From: Amoebidium appalachense
Taxonomy: Eukaryota; Protista; Ichthyosporea
DNA: 64,000 bases
NCBI GenBank assembly: GCA_963693365.1
Contig: CAVNZM010000002.1
Coordinates: 12,270,328-12,334,327, forward strand
Reading direction: 5' to 3'
Shown here one piece after another: positions 63,244 through 64,000 of the stretch. The notes beneath the pieces are model-generated. The model ran no database searches. It had not been told where the DNA came from and saw nothing but the letters and a program-made list of their open reading frames with translations. The translations under genes were made by a program, and so were the position numbers. The stretch's first letter is position 1, and each line of letters opens with the position of its first letter.

Positions 63244-63411
63244 AAGCGGGGGGGGGGGGGGGGGGGGGGGGGGCAGGATTACCTGATACGGAGCCAAACA
63301 TGGAGAGATCCAAAGTGTTCAGGGCTGTGTTTTGAGAAGGAGGAAGGGGAGCCAAAACCAATGCCAAAGTCCAATCCTTCGAGGCTGACCTGGCCCATGG
63401 AAAGGGAGACA
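60896..63411 (-). CDS. Partial multi-exon gene with low-complexity S/P/Q-rich C-terminus (exons 63283-63411, 62596-62780, 60896-61126); function unknown
   Basis: GT-AG sites with compatible phases give ...LDLSMFGSVSGPTDLSGPMLS...QQALW/TQQSQAG...LEELTR*; no recognised domain. Confidence 0.5.
61535..61687 (-). ncRNA. Putative structured RNA, copy 3 (diverged), sense within intron 61127-62595
   Basis: Same stems as copy 1 with altered sequence: ACAGTATCTGAGTT/AACTCGGGTACTGT (14 bp, 2 GU) and CTCATGT..CA/TGACGTGGG. Confidence 0.55.
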
Positions 63412-63430
63412 CTGTGTGTGTGTGTGTGTT

Positions 63431-63488
<58 letters not shown>

Positions 63489-64000
63489 TGTGTGTATGTG
63501 TGTGCGTGTGTATGTGTGTGAATCGTATGTGCATGCGTGGGTGTTTTTGAAACACAGAATGAGCCGGGAGGGAGGCGGACAGGCGGGAAGGGGCGGGGGC
63601 GGGGGCGGGGGCGGGCGGGCGGGCGGGCGGGCGGGGGGGGGGGGGGGGGGGGGGGGGAGAAAGACTGTGCCAGAGGGTGGCAATCATCTAGGCAAAGACA
63701 ATCAAAATCGCAAAACCAAAACAGAAATCAGATAGTGGACAGATACACAGGCAAAAACATCGGAACATGAGCAAAATTTTAGAGGACTTCCTAGCCCCCA
63801 CCGAAAAACGAGGTTCGACTCTTGAGCCTATCATATGTGCTTCCCGACCCGTTCTTTGTTCCAGCGGCAGCGGTTGAGTAAGCCCGTCTTGGCCAAAAAC
63901 GCGCGAAAAGGGGAAAGGGGGGTAGGAGGGAGGGGAAGGGGAGTTGGAGTGGACGTATCTGTGTGGGTGGGTGGGGTAGGCAAGTTGATGACTGGATACC

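Noticed and set aside
63780-63830. GGTTCGACTC resembling a tRNA T-loop
   Set aside because: No acceptor, D or anticodon stems

Overview
Eukaryotic, intron-containing DNA saturated with (CA)n/(TG)n, (CT)n and poly-C/G tracts; most of the ORF track is microsatellite noise. By inference from gene content (AUP1, SLC41, EGF/PAN secreted proteins, BT1), it may come from a unicellular holozoan-like protist; this is not proven. Supported genes: the 3' exons of a BT1 folate/biopterin transporter (+); two tandem paralogues of a secreted EGF/mucin/PAN protein (-), one probably a pseudogene; an 11-exon AUP1-like gene (-); an intronless RING finger + hotdog thioesterase fusion (+) head-to-head with AUP1; an intronless SLC41/MgtE transporter (-); a berberine-bridge C-terminal fragment; an intronless type II membrane beta-helix protein with Pmp-like repeats (-); and a partial low-complexity gene at the right end. 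Mobile DNA with visible TIR/TSD: a PIF/Harbinger deletion derivative, a hAT MITE and a piggyBac-like MITE, plus two LINE 3' fragments. The most interesting signals are (1) a ~160-nt intronic repeat family with compensatory base changes implying a conserved multi-branched RNA structure on the minus (sense) strand, and (2) the RING-thioesterase fusion beside AUP1. All calls were made by eye with no searches; single-base indels in homopolymers may be sequencing errors.
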